A stretch of 64,000 nt of DNA from Eledone cirrhosa (Eukaryota). The translations under genes were made by a program, and so were the position numbers. The DNA lies in assembly GCA_964016885.1 (NCBI GenBank), contig OZ024741.1, positions 299,460,001-299,524,000 on the forward strand, written 5' to 3'. The notes beneath the pieces are model-generated. The model searched no databases, was not told the origin of the DNA, and saw nothing but the letters and a program-made list of their open reading frames with translations. Below, in pieces: positions 56,192 through 64,000 of the stretch (its first letter is position 1; every line of letters starts with the position of its first letter).

Positions 56192-57514
56192 TGGTTAATG
56201 TTTGGGTTAGCTTAAAGTAGGATACAGAAATATTTGCCGGTTAATTTCATGAACTGACCGTTGCTTTGACTAAACGACTGGAACACTCATCGTCGAAATG
56301 GATGATGGTCCATTCCATTCGTTATTGAATTCTGAGTTATTCTCTTTAGGAGTTTTAATTCACAAATTATTAGTTTCGAAGGAAGCAATAATTTGATGCG
56401 GAATAGTCCTGGCTATAACAATATGCATGTTTTTAACAAGTAAATCGTGGGATTTAATTACCATGACACCATTCAGTTTATACAGTTCCTAATACAGTGG
56501 TAGGTTTGGTTTCTACAATGTTTCCAAATTCCAATATGAAGTGAAGTATTTATTGATTTAGCGAAATATATCGTGTTACAGTACACACCAGTCTGCACCC
56601 CGTTCTCTATTAACGTTTTTACGTTTATTCTTTCTTTCGTCTCTTTCAAGAAGACTACTTCATCATTACAATAAAACAGGCAAATCATATTAGCGTTTAA
56701 TGCGGCAATTTTATTACTGCTGTGTGAAAGGAATAAGTAATTGAGCCTATGAAGGATGCTCTTCCTGCTCACTTGATTTGGTCAAATCCCACAAAATCAT
56801 CTTGGAAATAGTATCCCCAAATCAAGGATATATTATATTGTATATGATAGTATTGAATTTCTTCAAATAAAACGGGATGGCCTCGGCTGGAATTCTTTTC
56901 AGCATACAGAAAATGATATATCTTCCTGACACTGGTTTTGATATTGGAAGTAAATAGCGACTACTGAATAGTAGATAAATATCGGACTTGAACATAAAAC
57001 GTACAAAATCTGATATTTTAGCGACAAAAATTCAATAACTCTAAAGTACTTCTGAGCTTACATTAACAATTTGTATATTTAATAGCAGTTTAACTATATC
57101 AATCTTTACAAATATCTAAGTGTAGCACATCTGGTTATGTCTGTGAGGTTGTTTGTTCAGATAATGTTTTCCTGACAGATATAAACAGAAACGTTAAAGA
57201 GGAATTGCTGCACAAAATGAACAGTGAATTATATTCCAAAACTTTATTGTGAATATTTTAACCTTTTAACCTTTACTTGTGATGTATTTCATGGCATATA
57301 TTTAAATACTTCATAGTATTCATAACATATTTTGGCATAAGGAAATGCTATATAGTATTTGAAGCCCTTAATACCTAATGGAGTCGTATATGCGGTATTT
57401 AACTCAGTCGAATTCTAACAGAGAAAGAAAGATAGACGACGAGAGAAACTGATGAATTAAGATAGGGGAAGATTTGACGGCAGTACTGGATTGGAAGTTT
57501 ATTTGGCGATCTCG

Positions 57515-58212
57515 AATGTTTTATAATGCTGATTACTACAGCATTTAATGTGTCATCTAACATGAGATTATATTTCACGCGTGACATGCGTCTGTTACCA
57601 GTTCTACACGGGTTTCGCTGAGCTGACAGTTGTATCTCCTACACCTTTGTAAAACATATTTTTACTCATGAAATCCAATAGTAGTGTTATAAAATCTCTT
57701 GACTATGGATATATATTAACGATAATGTTAATTATCTAGTCAGTTTACATTGAAAGTGAAAAAGCATACTTTAGTACTTAGGGTACCCGATTCCCGGCCA
57801 CGCATTGTGTCCTTGAGCAAGACTCTTTATTTCATGTTGCTCCATTCCCATCAGCTTATAGACAAAGGCCAACGTTGTCACGCTGAACATTCCTGGGAAC
57901 TACGTTAAAGATATGCCTGTCTGTGGAATGCTCAGTCTCTTGCCCGTTTTACATTAAATGTAATATTATTCTCCAAAAATTACTAGCCAGCTAAATAACA
58001 GCGCAGTGTCAACATTGATTTTCAGCACACTTGGCCACGAGATCCGTGTCGATATATCCGTCATTCTTAACTATATAATAATCCACAACCACCGTATTTT
58101 GAAGTGGAATCGCTATCGCTTCTACTAGACCATTACATGTAGACGAAATAGTTTAAAATTGAATCTAATAACATACTGACGTGAATTTACAAGATTCATT
58201 GGACTCTGGAAA
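57515..58212 (-). repeat. Right arm of the ~698-bp inverted duplication
   Basis: Reverse complement of 55494-56191. Confidence 0.92.
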
Positions 58213-59939
58213 AACACACAAAAAAAGCAACTACAAATTAAATAACAATTTGACATGAAAATAAAAACATCGATCAGCTTATGATATAATTGTTATAGAA
58301 ATAATACTTGCAAATGTCGTACTGGCGCCAAAAAGATTTTCAAATAGGTTTAGAGAATGTACATCAACACACTTTATATCTACTTCATTTATAACGGAGA
58401 ATCTCCACTACTAATGCATATTGAGGAAAAGCCAGGAATTGGAGTTTGTCTGATTCTATTATTATATTACCCACACTTTGCAAATGGTGCATTAGCGTTT
58501 TGCTAGGTAAGTCAGAAACATTTTAAATTAATTACAAGAATTGTATTACTTCTAGTGTGTATACCTCTTTTAATACCTGGGCATCGAATAAGTGAGTTGA
58601 TAAAATAATATGTATACTCAAAGACAATATAAAAGTATTTAAAATTGCAAAGCATCACCACATATAAGGCGTCATGGCAAAAAACATATAAATTCTGATT
58701 CTTATGATAGTACAAGATGTGGTCAGATTTTTAAGGAAATTGATCAAAGCACCGAATATATTTCGAGAAGAATACCGCAGTGGGAGCGTTTTTCATACTA
58801 AATATTGGCATTTCATATATGTAATATGAGCTATATATCTTCCCTTACATGATCTAATCTATGCACACAGCAAACAATACATTCCTCTAAGTATGATTAC
58901 AATGTAAAAGGAAAAATGAAAATAATTGAACGTTTGTAAAATTTAAAAAAACTTGATATGTGATTGGATCTGGTAAGTAAAGCCAATTCGGTAAAGCAAT
59001 GGGTCTTTCAATATATATTTATCACTTTCAGAGTAAATGGAATATAATTTTCAAAATATGTACATGACAGATTCATGTTCAATCATTTTAGAAGTCAGCT
59101 TAAAGTCCAAATCCACTGCACCACGTTTCAAAATTTCAATTAATTGTTTTTAAGCGATTTGATTTTTACAGTTTAAACATCCATAGGTAATGAAATTCAT
59201 TTTTTCTCCTTTTGTTAGCAATTTATTAAGTTTTCGTAACTAATTCTAGATATAATTACAGTCAAGGGGAAGGGGTAAAGAATGGAAGATCTGGCTGTAT
59301 AGGAAAGTAAAGTAAAGGACTATAAATGACCTAAATGAGAAGAGAAAGGAGAGAAAGAACAAGTACTATTAAGCAACAGAGGGAAGAGAGGCGAAAAAGG
59401 AGACAGTGACAGGCTCTACGCCTAGGTCAGAGTGTGGGCCTGCTGTCTGCATACATCATTTCAGTCAATTGTCATTTCTTCAATTCGTTATTTAACATAC
59501 TTAAGATCCTACATTACTTTAAATTTGTATCAAGATTTTAATTCAAATAAATCGGTAGACTTAGTTGATGATGTCAAGCGAGAGAGATAAGTGTCAAAAG
59601 AGTGGATTCTAAATACGTATAACCAGTTTACTTCAGAATTGGAATGTAGAATCTAGTCTGGAAAGCTAAGATGTTAAATGGGTTGTGTTTACAGATATGC
59701 ATCTTAAAAACAGCGTTTGTTTATTAGGGATGGTAGATGAGCTTTCTTCTTATGATTTCTTACCCATAATTCTCGAGTGGATCGTAGGGACGCCAGGTTA
59801 ACATGCAGCAAGTCTAGAGCATTTTCCGAAACCTGACGGAGCGCATCTTCTTTCCTGGGCACAATAAAGCCTATCTCTCCCAGAGGAGGTTAGAGAGTGA
59901 GATAAAGGAACTGGGAAATATATATAGGGAACACATCGA

Positions 59940-60082
59940 ACACAGTATTTGCCTGGTACTTTATATATCGACCTTAAATGGATGAATGATAAAGCTAAAC
60001 TCGGTGGGCTTTGAACTTAGAGCCGTTAGGAATTCTGCAAAGCATTCTATCCGATATTGCAAGGAGTCTGCCAATTCGCCAC
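59940..60082 (-). mobile_element. Diverged tRNA-derived SINE
   Basis: ctggtactttatatatcgacc..ggatgaatgataaagctaaactcggtgggctttgaactt..ctgccaattcgcc. Confidence 0.65.
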
Positions 60083-63000
60083 CTGAAGGACGAATGAATA
60101 TCGATAGCAATTCAGATGTATATTGTAAGGGAAAGCACTACACTCAATTTAAATTGAAATATGCTACCATATCTTATCCGTTTAAGATGAAAATACCGAC
60201 TATAATATCTCTTCCTATTAATAACTAGCAGAGTTTTCCCTAAAATTGATAATGACTAGAGGATATTCCATGATAACTACTAATAAATGTCACTTAATTT
60301 TACCACACTATTTGAATTCAATTTTACTCTTTAATTCATTTGTGGCACCATAACGGATGAAATGTTTGCAAATTTAATGAAATCAGTTGTAGTTTATTCA
60401 ACGTAATTTGTTACCAGTTAATCAATAGTTATCAGCTAGTTAATGACAAGTTTGAAGAATTGGATTTCATATTCTCATTACTGACATGAAATTGACTGAA
60501 GCAATGAAATCCTTCCATATGTTGTACAACCTTTACGCTTGTAATTATCTCTCTAAAAGCTTACCTAAACTAATTTAATAAAGTCAAAAATAATTTATTT
60601 TCATTACAGTGAAGTTAGTGATGCAAGAATTTGATCTACGCAACCAGATTTTAATTAGGTAACGCAAATTATTGTTTATATTTTCTGTCATAATATCTCA
60701 AACGGTATTTCTGTTGGAAGTCAATAATGAAAGACAGAATCGTATCTGCACAGCTTGTAGGAATATGTATTATCTCAATATAATGCCTATTTACAATAAC
60801 ATGTAATGTAACACGGGGAAACATGTTTTAGTGACAATGATCTATCCAATCCTGCAATGTTGATTAAGTTGCTAGTTTCGAGCTTAATCCTCTCGTCCCT
60901 TCTTACCACATGCCGGAAACTAACTTAGCGTTCGAAAACACCTTAAATAGTGGCCTATTTCTGGTATTATCAACTAGATTCAGCTGAACCTTGGGCTCAA
61001 ACACTTCCAGTCTATATTCAAAGAAACATTAAATAATGCTATATCCAGTAACATTTCTTTAAAACTTTTGCTTTACTTCCAAAATGAAAGTGGGTAATGT
61101 TATGTCAAGTTTTAACATAATGTTTTTTTTTTAACACAAGTTAATTGTACATCCTGATTTGTAATAGCGTCTCTTCACAACACCTAACTCAATTTTCAAA
61201 TCAACCATAGATAACATAATTCCAGGTATTGAAATAGCGTTTCTTTATATAGTTTAAATCTCTTTGACATAATGTTTTGCTTTTTAAATCTTGGCTTACG
61301 CTACGCCCGGTTTCGAAGGAATGTGATTTCAAATTATTTTACACTACATTCGAAGTAATACATGATACTATTGAAGTAACATTTCTTTACGTTGTTTAAA
61401 TCATGTACCGAAGTCTAATCCTAACATTAGCGAAATAGATAGTATATCTGGCCATACATCATTCAAAGAATTCTTTTATATGGTAGTAATTTTTAATTCG
61501 AGGGAGATTTTGATGCTATTTCTAGAAGGTGGATTGGTCACACAATATCTCGTTAGTTCTACATCTTCTATGTAAATTTAGGAAGCAAATGCACTATTGC
61601 TTTAGTTGACGCGATGAGAAAGTAGCATCAAAGTAACCGCTGACATTGTAAAAATAAATAGGAATAGAGTCTTATGGAAAACATAGGAAACTAAGTGGCG
61701 CGGTGTCCATACATCCAATTGAATTCACAATGGAAAGTCAATAGAAATCGTGTATTAAAATTAACAGAGCAGAAGGAACAAAAGACGAAAAAAATAACAA
61801 AAACAAATAAACAATATGAGCAATCAATTCGGTAGCGTATTTTAGATGAAATATGCTTACATTTATTGACCTAATTCTTTTCCAGGAGAACGTAAAAATC
61901 AAAACGAGATGTGAAAAATAAACAAAAATATTGAATGTGAAAATATAAATAAAATTCAAAATAAAATAAAAATGAAATAAAAATATTAAAAACAATAAAG
62001 GACTTTTCTCGAATTTACAGCTGAAAGATTAAATTGATATTGAATACGTTGAGATTTCAAAACATACTTTTCCTGCCATACAGAGTATTAGTTTTTGTTT
62101 TGAGAATATAGTATTCTTATAGTAATCCTATTAGTCGCAGGGTATTAAGTCAGTGTGATATATAATCTACTTGCAACGTTTTTCGTATTCAGCAATTTTG
62201 GCCATTTGCCATTTTACAAGAAAATTGTTACAATCAGAATTTACTAAGTTGATAAATATTCATTAAAATTTATTCTTCTCCGATCTTGGCACAAACATAT
62301 AAATAAGTTTATAAAGAAATTCCTTTGAGAGACAATATGAAGCAAACGTGTTTTAGCTGTCAAATTTGATATTCCATTTTATCTACGATTATTCAGATTC
62401 CCTTTTCGGCCAAAGTTTTTGGTTTTCATTGCTAAGTCAGACGCATTAGCTCACTAATCTAAAATATAATCACAAAGAGCAATGCTGTTACTGAGTAAGT
62501 TTGAAAATATATTGAAGTAGGATTTATTGGTTATCTAATTTTCTACCCCCGAAGAAATATTGGTTTTATTTAATCACTAAATATAAAGATGAAATTTTAA
62601 ATGAATTAGAGGGTAAATGATTATAGCTAGAATCGATTAAATTAGTATTAATATATAATATAATGTAATACTATATAATTGTTTATATTATACAATATGA
62701 TTTAATATAATATAATTTAATATAATATATTATAATAGAGTAGATTATTTTGTGGGAGTGATATATACTCGATTAAGTTGAGAAACCCCGATTACTTGAT
62801 TTACGTTTTTATTCCTGAAAAATTAAAAACCTATGTTAATTTTATCTGATTTAAAATTCGGAATATGATATCAGAATATAGTTAAATGCTGCGAGTTAAA
62901 TCGGTGCTTTCTGAATACTAAATACTGAGATTTTAAACCAACCCACATCGAATACAAAGACCGTATCCTAACAAAATACCACAAGGATACATTTCTCACA

Positions 63001-64000
63001 CCATTATGCATCTTCTGCACTTTGAAGTGAATCAATAGAAAACTTCTAAATAAAATTATGCATGGTGTATTTGGAAAAAAGACATTTGTATCTCTGAGCG
63101 ACGGAAATTAATATAACCTCATACTGCGCAATATAATAACAAATTGTGTGCATTTAGAAGACCATAACGTTTACTTTGTGCAGATGAATGCATAATACTA
63201 CACACAATACGACTACTTGCTCATTATAAATAACATTGACCTATCTAACCATATTTAAAAGTGAAATTCTATTTTTCCGTCTTCCTATAAATCTGCTTTA
63301 TGCTTTGATGCAGTTTCAAGTGAAAATTCAGTTTCAACTCAACTAGTGCCATGACCAATAAAATAGGTTAAGTCCAGCTTTAAATTTCGAGATTACGAGT
63401 TGAGAAACAAAATATCAGGTAACTGCGAAAAGTGTTTTACAAGGATCAATTATGAGAAGAGTATGAGGGTGTTAAGGAACATAAAACGAAGTCTACGTTA
63501 ATCTGACGTATGTCACATTTTGTAGAGATAAATGTACTCTATATAGAAGACAAAAGTGTTGCATTCTTGTAAGAGGTGTCAACGTAATGGAAGCTACTCC
63601 AGCATATAATTGTCCTTGGTTTATTGTCTTCGAGAAATGAATGTTAAAGTCAGTATATTTGAAACAAGTATGTAAAGGAAGAGTTTATATTAAACTTAAT
63701 TGAGTGTTGTTCTGAATTCGGTCAGCCTTCTCTACTAATATACAGTTGAATAAAATGTTCCATTGATACGCAAATAATAATTAGGTAGAATTGAACAATG
63801 ATATTAGTAAAACTAGAAACTAAAACAGATGAAATGGAACGCTGATATAATTTAAAAAAGAAAGTAAAACAGTATTATAGTAGGATCTGGTGTAATAAAC
63901 AATGTTAAAAAAATGTGAAATTTCTGCTTAAGATTCTCCTAGCATGAACATGATAAAACAGAAACCATATTCTGTATACTGAAATAGGAAAATAAATTGT

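Noticed and set aside
59763-59910. Minus-strand exon-like segment (tttcccag acceptor, tgg|gtaaga donor)
   Set aside because: All three frames contain stops between the sites; no other support.
60100-64000. Search for genes or structured repeats in the final 4 kb
   Set aside because: AT-rich sequence with only faint old-repeat traces; nothing supportable.

Overview
AT-rich animal genomic DNA with no recognisable host protein-coding gene. The tRNA-derived SINE family and dense (TA)n/(CA)n microsatellites suggest a coleoid cephalopod, probably an octopod (inference). Recognisable content: two tandem, intact 1130-aa R4/Dong-type RT+RLE retrotransposons beside (AAT)n tracts; a decayed CRE-clade element; an internally deleted L1/Tx1-type LINE; two decayed Penelope-like elements (PLEs) with GIY-YIG (one also with RT); many SINEs; and a ~700-bp inverted duplication. 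The main hidden signal is a dense set of type I hammerhead ribozyme (HHR) motifs, about nine sequence families, found by eye within ~35 kb and mostly inserted in (TA)n. Two form non-coding tandem arrays with one HHR per unit (595-bp and 434-bp units), the architecture of retrozymes. The 595-bp array carries the compensatory U3-A8 core (UUGAUAA), and so does the GIY-YIG-encoding PLE immediately downstream, suggesting an autonomous/non-autonomous pair. Most ORF-track entries are microsatellite translation artefacts. All RNA folds were read by eye, not computed.
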